A stretch of 32,000 bases of DNA from Xylanibacter ruminicola 23 (GCF_000025925.1 NC_014033.1:540001-572000), one strand, 5' to 3'; positions 7,502 to 15,769 are shown, counted from the first letter of the stretch. Translations and numbers: made by a program. Notes: generated by a model from the letters alone, not told the origin.

Positions 7502-8572
7502 CTACAACATTCCCTTCGTTGAAGGGAGTTCGTAGTGATAAATGTCGCGGCGTATAGCCATTTTCAGAGCTCTTGCCAATGCTTTAAAGATACCTTCAAT
7601 CTTGTGGTGCTCGTTCTGGCCTTCGGCCTTGATGTTCAGATTCATCTTCGATGCGTCGCTCAGACTCTTGAAGAAGTGCAGGAACATCTCGGTAGGCATC
7701 TCGCCAATCTTTTCACGATGGAATTCGGCATCCCAAACCAGCCAGGGGCGACCGCCGAAATCCAGACAGGCTGAGCACAGGCAGTCGTCCATCGGCAAGC
7801 AGTAACCATAGCGCTCAATACCACGCTTATCGCCCAGAGCCTGCAGGATACATTCGCCTAAGGCGATGGCAGTATCCTCGATGGTGTGGTGCTCGTCAAC
7901 CTCCAAGTCACCCTTGGTGTGGATGGTCAGGTCTATCATGCCATGCTTGCCAATCTGCTCCAGCATGTGGTCGAAGAATCCCAGACCAGTGCTGATGTCG
8001 CACTTACCCGATCCGTCGAGGTTCACTTTCACCCAGATATCGGTTTCTTTGGTAGTGCGTTTCACCTCGGCTATGCGTTCGCCGGCAAACAGTAGTTCAG
8101 CTATCTTGTTCCATGTGATACCCTCGTCGCTCAGAATCAGCGATTTGCAGCCGATGTTCTGGGCAAATTGTCGGTCGGTTTCGCGATCGCCAATCACGTA
8201 CGAGTTGGAGATGTCGTAGTCTGGATTGTTAATATATTTTTCTACCAATCCGATATTGGGCTTGCGGGTTGGTGCGTTGTCTTCAGGGAAGTGAGGGTCA
8301 ATCAGAATCTCGTCGAAGGTAATGCCTTCGCCCTCGAGTGTTTGCAGAATAAAGTTGTGTACGGGCCAGAATGTGTCTTCGGGGAAACTCTCTGTTCCTA
8401 AGCCATCCTGGTTACTAACCATTACAAACTCAAAGTCCAGTTTCTCGCGGATAAAGGCCAGGTTGCGTATCATTCCTTTTACAAATTTCAGCTTTTCAAA
8501 GCTGTCGATCTGCTCATCGGCAGGCTCCTCAATCAGCGTTCCGTCGCGGTCGATAAATAAAATCTTTTTCAT
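7502..8572 (-). CDS. hisB: Bifunctional histidinol-phosphatase / imidazoleglycerol-phosphate dehydratase
   Basis: N-terminal HAD motif FIDRDGTLI and a C-terminal IGPD region ([29 protein letters not shown]). The 356-aa length matches the fused HisB type. Confidence 0.95.
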   Translation of the reverse strand: MKKILFIDRDGTLIEEPADEQIDSFEKLKFVKGMIRNLAFIREKLDFEFVMVSNQDGLGTESFPEDTFWPVHNFILQTLEGEGITFDEILIDPHFPEDNAPTRKPNIGLVEKYINNPDYDISNSYVIGDRETDRQFAQNIGCKSLILSDEGITWNKIAELLFAGERIAEVKRTTKETDIWVKVNLDGSGKCDISTGLGFFDHMLEQIGKHGMIDLTIHTKGDLEVDEHHTIEDTAIALGECILQALGDKRGIERYGYCLPMDDCLCSACLDFGGRPWLVWDAEFHREKIGEMPTEMFLHFFKSLSDASKMNLNIKAEGQNEHHKIEGIFKALARALKMAIRRDIYHYELPSTKGML

Positions 8573-9183
8573 ATTGTTTTTTTGTTGAATTCTTCTTTCT
8601 CTTTGTCCTGCATGTACATCGAAATCTTAACCAGATACATGGGCAGCACCATCGTCAGCCATACGTAAGCTTGGATAAAGCCTGCTATGGCGAATACCGC
8701 GATGCTCAGCCATTTCACGTTCTCGGGCATACCCGATGGGTCGCCGTAAAGCATGCCTACCTGCGACTGCCAGTTGGCAGTAATCAGTATCACCGTAGGC
8801 AGGGTGGTTAATAGTGCCAGAGCGGCTACGATAACCAGACATACTATGCTTACTAACAGCAGCTTGCCTACGTGTGCCAGCCACGAGCCGTAGCGCAGGG
8901 TTACCGGGGGTAGCATCTGCAACTTCTTCAGGCGCCATTTGGCTGCAGCCAGCCAGAGGCCTACGGCTACTATAGCCAGTATCGAGGCGGGTAAGAGTAG
9001 GGTAGGTGAAATCAGTACAGGCAAAGCCTGAGCCACAGCCGCCAGGAGTGCAAAGCCGATGGCCAGCCACCAGGTGGCACGGAATATCTTTCTAAAGTTA
9101 GCACTGTACAACTGGTAGCCGTCGCGAATGCAAGCCTGACTGCTACGCACCTTCATTTCTATCTCTTTTTTCTCTGTATCCAT
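8569..9183 (-). CDS. Hypothetical polytopic membrane protein
   Basis: There are 4-5 hydrophobic spans. ATG 9183 (MDTEKK...) is preferred because a TATCTTTG -7 box lies inside the longer GTG-9228 extension. The stop overlaps the hisB start. Confidence 0.65.
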   Translation of the reverse strand: MDTEKKEIEMKVRSSQACIRDGYQLYSANFRKIFRATWWLAIGFALLAAVAQALPVLISPTLLLPASILAIVAVGLWLAAAKWRLKKLQMLPPVTLRYGSWLAHVGKLLLVSIVCLVIVAALALLTTLPTVILITANWQSQVGMLYGDPSGMPENVKWLSIAVFAIAGFIQAYVWLTMVLPMYLVKISMYMQDKEKEEFNKKTI

Positions 9184-9206
9184 TGCAAATATCATTTTTT
9201 CGCGTG

Positions 9207-9214
9207 CAAAGATA
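9207..9214 (-). promoter_or_regulatory. -7 box TATCTTTG (minus strand)
   Basis: Plus-strand CAAAGATA, lying 24 nt upstream of ATG 9183. Confidence 0.6.
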
Positions 9215-9223
9215 ACGTTTTTT

Positions 9224-9289
9224 GGCACGAATTACACGAATTAACACGAAAAAATAAATAAATTCGCGAAAATTCGTGTAATTCGTGCC
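9224..9289. repeat. Perfect 19-bp inverted repeat with a 28-nt AT-rich loop
   Basis: GGCACGAATTACACGAATT (9224-9242) and AATTCGTGTAATTCGTGCC (9271-9289). The left arm is part of three CACGAA direct repeats. Confidence 0.95.
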
Positions 9290-9299
9290 TATTTTTTAG

Positions 9300-9307
9300 T
9301 ATCTTTG
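9300..9307 (+). promoter_or_regulatory. -7 box TATCTTTG
   Basis: Lies 18 nt upstream of ATG 9325. Confidence 0.6.
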
Positions 9308-9324
9308 CAGCAAATTTTTTAATA

Positions 9325-10317
9325 ATGAAGTTATTAAGATGGGGTTTTATAGGCTGTGGCGAAGTGACCGAGAAGAAGAGCGGTCCCGCTTTCAGCGAGG
9401 TTGAAGGCTCGAGCGTGGTAGCTGTGATGAGTCGCACCGAGAAGCATGCTCGTACTTATGCTGTTCAGCATGGTATTGCCAAATGGTATACCGATGCGCA
9501 GGAGATGATTGATGATCCTGATGTGAATGCCATTTATGTGGCCACACCGCCCTCCAGTCATGCCACTTATGCCATTATGGCCATGAAGGCCGGCAAGCCT
9601 GTTTATGTTGAGAAACCGCTGGCTGCCAGTTATGAGGATTGTGCCCGTATCAACCGCATCAGCGAGCAGACCGGCGTGCCCTGTTTTGTAGCTTACTACC
9701 GCAGATATCTGCCTTATTTCCAGAAGGTAAAAGAGATTGTCGAAGGTGGAAGAATTGGTAAGATACTGAATGTGCAGATACGCTATACAGAACCCCCACG
9801 TCAGGCCGATTTGGAGGCGATTGCCAATCACGAGCCGTTGCCTTGGCGCTTGCAACCGGATATTGCAGGTGGTGGCTATTTTTACGATATGGCGCCCCAT
9901 CAGCTTGATATCCTGCAGGATTTGTTTGGCGTGATTCTCGAAGCGCGAGGCATCTGCAGTAATCGTGGCGGACTGTACAAGGCCGAGGATTCGGTGAGTG
10001 CTTGTTTCCAGTTCGAGAATGGTTTGCCGGGTAGCGGTTCGTGGTGTTATGTGGCCCACGAGTCGGCTCGCGAGGATTGTATCGAGATTATCGGAACCGA
10101 GGGTCAGGTAAGCTTCTCGGTATTCGATTATACCCCCATCCGTTTGCAAACCAATCAGGGCGAAGAGCGCATCACGGTGCCCAATCCGCCTTACGTGCAA
10201 TATCCGCTTATTAAGAATATGATTGAGCATTTGCAAGGGCTTGGCGTTTGCGAGTGTACCAGCGTGTCGGCCACGCCTGTTAACTGGGTGATGGACCGTA
10301 TTCTGGGCAAATTCTGA
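9325..10317 (+). CDS. Gfo/Idh/MocA family oxidoreductase
   Basis: The N-terminal WGFIGCGEVTEKK Rossmann region, VYVEKPLA and the 330-aa length are typical of the family. Confidence 0.9.
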   Translation: MKLLRWGFIGCGEVTEKKSGPAFSEVEGSSVVAVMSRTEKHARTYAVQHGIAKWYTDAQEMIDDPDVNAIYVATPPSSHATYAIMAMKAGKPVYVEKPLAASYEDCARINRISEQTGVPCFVAYYRRYLPYFQKVKEIVEGGRIGKILNVQIRYTEPPRQADLEAIANHEPLPWRLQPDIAGGGYFYDMAPHQLDILQDLFGVILEARGICSNRGGLYKAEDSVSACFQFENGLPGSGSWCYVAHESAREDCIEIIGTEGQVSFSVFDYTPIRLQTNQGEERITVPNPPYVQYPLIKNMIEHLQGLGVCECTSVSATPVNWVMDRILGKF

Positions 10318-10332
10318 TTGTTTTTTTGTGAT

Positions 10333-11424
10333 ATGAAGAAGGGACTGATGGTGTTGTTATGGATGATGGTGGGGCTGAGCGCTTTGGCTGCTGGGCCCGA
10401 CACGCTATCTGTAGATACTGTTGGTACAAAGAATGAATTAGGCTTGATACGTCGAACTGTACGCGAGTTCGACCGCCTGAACGATGAATATATCGAGCCC
10501 CAGCACTACGAGTTTACGGTGATGGGACAGATTACCCGCACTTACGAGAGCTTTATTTTGAGTAGTAACGGTCAGCAGATTAAGCTGTCGCCCGACGGAC
10601 TTACCAAAATCGGTCCTTACTTTGGCTGGCGTTGGTTCTTCCTGGGCTACACGTTCGATATCAAGAATATCGGCTTTAGTCAGAGTGGCTTGCGTAAGGA
10701 GTTCGACCTGAGTATCTACTCGTCGCAGGTGGGTGTCGATATCTTCTATCGCCGTACTGGCAACGATTATAAAATCCGTGATGTGCGTCTGGGCTATGGC
10801 TTCAATGGCGACTTGTTCGAGGGACTGCCTTTCGATGGTGTGAATGTGGGTATTACAGGTGCCAGTGCCTATTACATCTTTAATCACGGACGCTTCTCTT
10901 ATCCGGCAGCCTTCAGTCAGAGTACCTGTCAGAAGATTAGCTGCGGTTCGTGGATGGCGGGTATCGGCTTTACCAGGAACACGCTCGATATGGACTACGA
11001 TAAACTGCAGACCACACTCAAGTCGCGCATGGATCGTAGTCAGGAACTGAAACTGGATTCAGGCTTGATGTTCAAGGATATCAAGTACAGCGACTTCATG
11101 ATATCGGGTGGCTACGCCTATAACTGGGTGTTTGCCAAAAACTGGCTGTTCTGTGCCAGCGCCCAGCTTGCCCTCTGCTATAAGTCGAGCTATGGTGAGA
11201 TAGCCGACGAGAAGAAGGGCTTCAGCTTTGATAAGGTGAATATGGATGGTATCGGCCGATTTGGTATGGTTTACAATAATACCCGCTGGTATGCCGGTTG
11301 GAGTGCTATCCTGCGCACCAACAACTATCGCACCTCGCGATTCACAGCCAATAATATCTTTGGCTCGTTCAATGCCTATATAGGCTATAATTTTTTGTTG
11401 AAAAAGAAATATCGTAAAGCATGA
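10333..11424 (+). CDS. Putative outer-membrane beta-barrel-type protein (DUF4421-like)
   Basis: Signal peptide MKKGLMVLLWMMVGLSALAA, an aromatic/Gly-rich alternating pattern and a C-terminal ...YIGYNF. The family assignment is from memory only. Confidence 0.55.
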   Translation: MKKGLMVLLWMMVGLSALAAGPDTLSVDTVGTKNELGLIRRTVREFDRLNDEYIEPQHYEFTVMGQITRTYESFILSSNGQQIKLSPDGLTKIGPYFGWRWFFLGYTFDIKNIGFSQSGLRKEFDLSIYSSQVGVDIFYRRTGNDYKIRDVRLGYGFNGDLFEGLPFDGVNVGITGASAYYIFNHGRFSYPAAFSQSTCQKISCGSWMAGIGFTRNTLDMDYDKLQTTLKSRMDRSQELKLDSGLMFKDIKYSDFMISGGYAYNWVFAKNWLFCASAQLALCYKSSYGEIADEKKGFSFDKVNMDGIGRFGMVYNNTRWYAGWSAILRTNNYRTSRFTANNIFGSFNAYIGYNFLLKKKYRKA

Positions 11425-12284
11425 AACGTATCATATATATCATCATAGGTATTACCGCCTGCCTCACATCTTATGCCGCAGGTTTTGGCAGCGTAAAGGC
11501 ACTGCCTCAGGATAGCGCCACTATCTGCCGCTTGCTGGCCGAGGCCAAGAAGCAGCCCGCATCTACCTGTATGCCGCTGTTTTTTGCCCAGAAGTTTGTG
11601 GGCATTCCCTATGTGGCTCATACCCTCGAAGGCGATAAGCAGGAGCGCTTGGTGGTAAACACCCGTCAGCTGGATTGCACCACACTGGTAGAAACCGTTA
11701 CAGCCCTTACCCTCTGTGCCCAGCGCAAGGATTACTCGTGGCTGGCCTATCAGCAGGCGTTGGTGGGTTTGCGCTATCGTGGTGGCGTGATTAATGGCTA
11801 TCCCAGCAGGTTGCATTACTTTACCGAGTGGATTACCGATAATACCAAGGCGGGTGTGGTAAGCGAGGTGCAGGCCCCCAATCCGCCCTTTACTGCTGTA
11901 CAAACCGTTAAGGTGAACTACATGAGCACCCATCCCAAGAGCTATCAGGCCCTGAAGGAGCATCCTGAGTATGTAAGCGCTATTGCCAAGCAGGAGCGCC
12001 AGGTGTCGGGTGCCAAGTACCGCTATATCCCCAAAAAGCTGGTGGGGAAGAGTCAGATGCTGCGTAAGGCTATCAAGGATGGCGATATTATTGCCATCAC
12101 CTGTAATAAGGCCGGACTTGATATCGCCCACTTGGGTTTTGCCGTATGGCGTGCCGACGGACTGCATCTGCTAAATGCCTCGCAGTTGCATCACAAGGTG
12201 GTGTTAGAGCCCATGACGCTCTATCAGTATCTTAAGAAACATTCCTCGCATACTGGAATCAGAATTATCAGAATAACAAAATAA
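11421..12284 (+). CDS. DUF1460 / N-acetylmuramoyl-L-alanine amidase-like domain protein
   Basis: Signal peptide, then FVGIPYVAHTLEGD..ERLVVNTRQLDCTTLVETV, which is typical of DUF1460. The start overlaps the upstream stop (ATGA). Confidence 0.7.
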   Translation: MKRIIYIIIGITACLTSYAAGFGSVKALPQDSATICRLLAEAKKQPASTCMPLFFAQKFVGIPYVAHTLEGDKQERLVVNTRQLDCTTLVETVTALTLCAQRKDYSWLAYQQALVGLRYRGGVINGYPSRLHYFTEWITDNTKAGVVSEVQAPNPPFTAVQTVKVNYMSTHPKSYQALKEHPEYVSAIAKQERQVSGAKYRYIPKKLVGKSQMLRKAIKDGDIIAITCNKAGLDIAHLGFAVWRADGLHLLNASQLHHKVVLEPMTLYQYLKKHSSHTGIRIIRITK

Positions 12285-12314
12285 AATAGTAACTTAACCA
12301 AAGGAGAGTAAAAG

Positions 12315-12707
12315 ATGGAATTACCCGATTTTATGAGTTATGCGAACAAGTTTTCGCAGACAGAATTTGCCGAGAAGATTGCGCGTATTGCTAAGCGCGC
12401 TGGTGCCAAACTGGTTTATGCGGCACTGATACTTTATTACACCCTGCAGAGCGACAAGGTGAGCAAGGCCGACAAGGCTATCATCATTGGTGCTCTGGGT
12501 TACATGATCAGTCCGCTCGACGTGATTCCCGATGCCATCCCCATTGCCGGACTTACCGACGACTTGGCCGTGCTGCTGTACGTGCTGAAGAAGGTTTGGA
12601 CAGGTATCGACCCCGAGATTGTTGAGCAGGCCAAGAGTAAGCTTAGCCGCTGGTTCGACGAGGAAGAAATCGAAGAGATTGGCGATATTCTCGCACCTGA
12701 AGATTAA
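12315..12707 (+). CDS. YkvA/DUF1232 family membrane protein
   Basis: ISPLDVIPDAIPIAGLTDDLAVLLYVL is the DUF1232 signature. Confidence 0.85.
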   Translation: MELPDFMSYANKFSQTEFAEKIARIAKRAGAKLVYAALILYYTLQSDKVSKADKAIIIGALGYMISPLDVIPDAIPIAGLTDDLAVLLYVLKKVWTGIDPEIVEQAKSKLSRWFDEEEIEEIGDILAPED

Positions 12708-12721
12708 GCATCAGGGCACAA

Positions 12722-12751
12722 AAAAATCCTCAGCGTTTGCTGAGGATTTTT
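12722..12751. terminator. Bidirectional rho-independent terminator
   Basis: AAAAATCCTCAGC-GTTT-GCTGAGGATTTTT, lying between the ykvA-like stop and the 3' end of tRNA-Cys. Confidence 0.75.
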
Positions 12752-12754
12752 CAG

Positions 12755-12826
12755 AGGTGCCTGGCGGATTCGAACCGCCGTAGACGGTTTTGCAGACCGT
12801 TGACTAAGCCACTCATCCAAGGCACC
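12755..12826 (-). tRNA. tRNA-Cys (GCA)
   Basis: I folded the cloverleaf by hand. It has a 7-bp acceptor stem GGTGCCT/AGGCACC, anticodon arm ACGGT-CTGCAAA-ACCGT, T arm GGCGG-TTCGAAT-CCGCC and discriminator U. CCA is not encoded. Confidence 0.92.
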
Positions 12827-12865
12827 AGGTAAAAAGAATGACTGACATTTTCTCAAATGCGGGTG

Positions 12866-12873
12866 CAAAGGTA
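12866..12873 (-). promoter_or_regulatory. -7 box TACCTTTG (minus strand) upstream of tRNA-Cys
   Basis: Plus-strand CAAAGGTA, about 40 nt upstream of the tRNA 5' end. Confidence 0.5.
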
Positions 12874-12905
12874 CTGAGATTTTCTGAGACTACCAAATTT
12901 TTTAG

Positions 12906-13103
12906 CTACTTTTTCGTGCAGCAACTGCTTTTTTTCTGTTTCTTGCACTGTTTTGCGTGTTCTTTCAGCTCTTTTAGCTGGCATCCGTCGCAACCTTCGC
13001 ACGGATCATTGGCTTTTTGCAGCCGCTGGTAAACCCACCACGCGGCATAGGCAATCGCGCAAGCTAAGATGAAATAAACAACAATCTGCTGCATAATGTT
13101 CAA
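12906..13103 (-). CDS. Small Cys-rich membrane protein (FeoB-associated Cys-rich type)
   Basis: One N-terminal TM segment (IVVYFILACAIAYAAWWVY) is followed by CEGCDGC and a K/C-rich tail. The gap to the upstream kinase stop is 3 nt. Confidence 0.6.
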   Translation of the reverse strand: MNIMQQIVVYFILACAIAYAAWWVYQRLQKANDPCEGCDGCQLKELKEHAKQCKKQKKSSCCTKK

Positions 13104-13106
13104 TGA

Positions 13107-14144
13107 TCAAAGTTTTGTAAGTTTACGTAGCAAAACTTTGTTGATTACCTGAATGCGGTGCCCTTGTCGCTCAATGTCCTCGCGTACATTATTTATATTA
13201 TTAAAGAAGTCGCTAAAGGCATTCAGTACAGCATTAGGCTGTCCGGCATCCTCTTCAGCCTCAGGATTAATCAGTATCTTAATACCCTGTGGTTCAATGT
13301 GCACATCTATCTCGGCATCCGTCATAATCGGGTCGCCATCGTAGTGTATGGCACCTGGCTGCTTACGGGAGATATGCAGCGTTTTGGTGCGGAAAGTCTT
13401 AATCTTCGAGTTGTTATGCATGGTTTTCATAAACAGGTCGGCGGCAATCTGTGGTGCGTCGAGTGCTGTAAATGGCTCCATGATAATCACGTCCATCTCG
13501 CCATCCTTCATGGTGGCGCCTGGGGCAATGTAAGCATTATTACCATACTGCGAGGCGTTGGCGCAGGCAATCAGGAATGCCTTGTACTTCTTGGCGCCCG
13601 TATCGTCGCTCACCTCGTAGGTCTCGGGTTTGTATTTCAGTCCCTCTTTCAGCACGTTCTCTACGTAGGTGATGGGACCGCGCTTGCCTGCTTCGGCAAA
13701 CTTCAGTGATATAAAGGCGTCGAAACCCATGCCGCAAGTGCAGAAGAAGGGCATGCCGTTAATTACACCATAATCAAACGAATCAATCTTACAACTGTTA
13801 ATCATGCCGATGGCTTTCTTGATGTCCATGGGCACACATAGATGACGGGCCAGGCCGTTGCCGCTGCCGCAGGGCACAATGCCCAGTGCGGTATTGGTGT
13901 GTACCAGCGATCGTGCCACCTCATTTACGGTGCCGTCGCCACCCACAGCCACTACTATGTCAACGCCTTCTTCGGCCTTCTGTTTTGCTATCTCAGCAGC
14001 GTGTCCTCGGTATTCAGTAAAGCATATTTCGGTGTCGAACAGATCCTTGTCGATAATCTGTCCTATCAAGGCAGGAACCTCGGCCTTCGAAGTGGTTCCC
14101 GATTTAGGGTTCAAAATAAATGTAATTTTTCTCTTTTTCGTCAT
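13107..14144 (-). CDS. Diacylglycerol-kinase-family lipid kinase (YegS/BmrU type)
   Basis: FILNPKSG, VAVGGDGTVNEV and PCGSGNGLA motifs of the DAGK catalytic domain. Confidence 0.9.
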   Translation of the reverse strand: MTKKRKITFILNPKSGTTSKAEVPALIGQIIDKDLFDTEICFTEYRGHAAEIAKQKAEEGVDIVVAVGGDGTVNEVARSLVHTNTALGIVPCGSGNGLARHLCVPMDIKKAIGMINSCKIDSFDYGVINGMPFFCTCGMGFDAFISLKFAEAGKRGPITYVENVLKEGLKYKPETYEVSDDTGAKKYKAFLIACANASQYGNNAYIAPGATMKDGEMDVIIMEPFTALDAPQIAADLFMKTMHNNSKIKTFRTKTLHISRKQPGAIHYDGDPIMTDAEIDVHIEPQGIKILINPEAEEDAGQPNAVLNAFSDFFNNINNVREDIERQGHRIQVINKVLLRKLTKL

Positions 14145-14154
14145 AATTATGGTG

Positions 14155-14162
14155 CAAATTTA
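14155..14162 (-). promoter_or_regulatory. -7 box TAAATTTG (minus strand)
   Basis: Plus-strand CAAATTTA, 11 nt upstream of ATG 14144, which implies a very short leader. Confidence 0.55.
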
Positions 14163-14257
14163 CGAAATTTGGGCGAAAAAATACCCCTAAAGACAAGAAA
14201 AATAGCAAAAACTAACTATTTCTTAGTAAAAACTTGCACGTTTTACCGAAAAATGTG

Positions 14258-14265
14258 TATCTTTG
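14258..14265 (+). promoter_or_regulatory. -7 box TATCTTTG with cTTG -33 element 21 nt upstream
   Basis: CTTG (14233-14236), a 21-nt spacer, then TATCTTTG. ATG 14308 lies 43 nt downstream. Confidence 0.6.
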
Positions 14266-14307
14266 CACCCTGAAATTTAGAAAATAATAGACTATACCTA
14301 TATCGGA

Positions 14308-15495
14308 ATGGGACAGTTACAAGAAAGATTCAAGCATTATCGTGAGCCACAGAAGTTTATGGAGGCTGACGTATATCCCTATTTCCGCGAGATTGAAGGA
14401 AAGCAGGGAACGGAAGTTGAGATGGGTGGCCACAAGGTGCTGATGTTCGGCTCTAATGCCTATACAGGCTTGACTGGCGACCAGCGTATTATTGATGCAG
14501 CTAAGGCAGCACTCGACAAGTATGGCTCTGGTTGTGCCGGAAGCCGATTCCTTAATGGTACACTTGATCTGCATGTTAAGCTCGAAAAGGAAATCTCAAA
14601 GTTTATTGGTAAGGACGATTGTCTGTGCCTGTCAACAGGTTTCTCAGTAAACCAGGGTGTTATCCCTGCTCTGCTGGGTAAGGACGATTACGTTATCTGC
14701 GATGATCGCGACCACGCATCTATCGTTGATGGACGTCGTTTGGCTTTCGCCCGTCAGTTGCACTACAAGCACAACGATATGGCCGACTTGGAGCGCGTGC
14801 TTCAGAAGCTGCCTCAGGAGGCTGTTAAGCTGATTGTGGTTGATGGCGTGTTCTCTATGGAGGGCGACCTGGCTAACCTGCCTGCTATCGTTGAGCTCAA
14901 GCACAAGTACAACTGCTCTATCATGGTTGACGAGGCTCATGGTATCGGCGTTTTCGGTAAGCAGGGACGTGGTGTTTGCGACCACTTCGGACTTACTGAC
15001 GAGGTTGACCTGATCATGGGTACATTCTCTAAGAGTTTGGCTTCTATCGGTGGTTTCATCGCTTCTGATTGGGATACCATCAACTATCTGCGTCACACTT
15101 GCCGCACTTATATCTTCTCGGCATCTAACACACCTGCTGCTACAGCTGCAGCTCTCGAGGCTCTGCACATCATCCAGCAGGAACCCGAGCGCATCCAGGC
15201 TCTGTGGGATGTTACAAACTATGCCCTGAAGCGTTTCCGCGAGGAAGGATTCGAGATTGGTGAGACCGAGAGTCCTATTATTCCTCTTTACGTGCGCGAT
15301 GTTAATAAGACATTCCTGGTAACCGCTCTGGCTTTCAAGGCTGGTGTGTTTATCAACCCCGTAATTCCTCCTGCATGTGCACCTCAGGATACACTGGTGC
15401 GCTACGCTCTGATGGCAACTCACACTAAGGAACAGGTCGACCGTTCGGTAGTTGCTCTGAAGAAGATTTTCGTAGAGCAGGGCATTATCAAATAA
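14308..15495 (+). CDS. spt: Serine palmitoyltransferase-type alpha-oxoamine synthase (PLP-dependent)
   Basis: The N-terminus ...PQKFMEADVYPYFREIEGKQGTEVEMGGHKVLMFGSNAYTGL and GTFSKSLASIGGF (PLP lysine) match the Bacteroides SPT as I remember it, rather than the Kbl/BioF N-termini. Confidence 0.8.
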   Translation: MGQLQERFKHYREPQKFMEADVYPYFREIEGKQGTEVEMGGHKVLMFGSNAYTGLTGDQRIIDAAKAALDKYGSGCAGSRFLNGTLDLHVKLEKEISKFIGKDDCLCLSTGFSVNQGVIPALLGKDDYVICDDRDHASIVDGRRLAFARQLHYKHNDMADLERVLQKLPQEAVKLIVVDGVFSMEGDLANLPAIVELKHKYNCSIMVDEAHGIGVFGKQGRGVCDHFGLTDEVDLIMGTFSKSLASIGGFIASDWDTINYLRHTCRTYIFSASNTPAATAAALEALHIIQQEPERIQALWDVTNYALKRFREEGFEIGETESPIIPLYVRDVNKTFLVTALAFKAGVFINPVIPPACAPQDTLVRYALMATHTKEQVDRSVVALKKIFVEQGIIK

Positions 15496-15528
15496 TTGAG
15501 AATTGAAAATTGAAATTCGATAATTAGC
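15494..15528 (+). repeat. AT-rich heptad tandem repeat (AATTGAN)n
   Basis: AATTGAG AATTGAA AATTGAA ATTCGAT AATTAGC begins inside the stop codon. Its first 20 nt are identical to 28818-28837. Confidence 0.9.
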
Positions 15529-15551
15529 CTCCCAAATTGGGAGGCTTTTTT
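15526..15551 (+). terminator. Rho-independent terminator
   Basis: AGCCTCCC-AAATT-GGGAGGCT followed by TTTTT. Confidence 0.8.
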
Positions 15552-15644
15552 GTGTTTTGGGGGATGAAAACGGCTTATTTGTTAAAATACGTAAATAAAT
15601 ACCACTTTTTGGCTTTGATATTTTTGTATTCCAAATTTTCTTCG

Positions 15645-15652
15645 TACCTTTG
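15645..15652 (+). promoter_or_regulatory. -7 box TACCTTTG upstream of tRNA-Pro
   Basis: A TTTG lies 18 nt upstream, and the tRNA starts 23 nt downstream. Confidence 0.55.
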
Positions 15653-15674
15653 CACCCGCAAAACAAAAAATGAC

Positions 15675-15750
15675 CGAGGTGTAGCGCAGTTGGTAGCGTT
15701 CCTGGTTTGGGACCAGGCTGTCGCAGGTTCGAGTCCTGTCACCTCGACCA
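15675..15750 (+). tRNA. tRNA-Pro (TGG), CCA encoded
   Basis: Acceptor stem CGAGGTG/CACCTCG, anticodon arm CCTGG-TTTGGGA-CCAGG and T loop TTCGAGT, followed by ACCA. Confidence 0.92.
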
Positions 15751-15769
15751 AAACAAAAAAATGTGTTTG

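Noticed and set aside
9334-10236. 300-aa minus-strand ORF antisense to the Gfo/Idh/MocA gene
   Set aside because: This is a shadow ORF of a GC3-rich gene. The translation is low-complexity (rich in L, R, H, G and T runs) and has no motif or promoter, while the sense strand carries clear family motifs.
11385-12167. 260-aa minus-strand ORF antisense to the DUF1460 gene
   Set aside because: It is a shadow ORF for the same reasons. The sense-strand product has a signal peptide and the DUF1460 signature.
12301-12308. Shine-Dalgarno-like AAGGAGAG 6 nt upstream of the ykvA-like start
   Set aside because: It is a single occurrence. Bacteroidota generally do not rely on SD pairing and the other genes in the window lack such sites, so it is probably coincidental.
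12838-13032. 64-aa plus-strand ORF opposite the Cys-rich small protein gene
   Set aside because: It is antisense to a better-supported small gene that is translationally linked to the lipid kinase. It also overlaps the tRNA-Cys promoter region.
14308-15495. Alternative call as 2-amino-3-ketobutyrate CoA ligase (kbl) or 8-amino-7-oxononanoate synthase (bioF)
   Set aside because: The N-terminal region (VYPYFREIEGKQGTEVEM) matches my memory of Bacteroides SPT rather than Kbl or BioF, and there are no tdh or bio genes nearby. This remains a recollection, not a search result.
14644-15666. 340-aa minus-strand ORF antisense to spt and running across its terminator
   Set aside because: It crosses a terminator hairpin and the tRNA-Pro promoter. 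The sequence is not protein-like, and the sense strand encodes a well-supported PLP enzyme.
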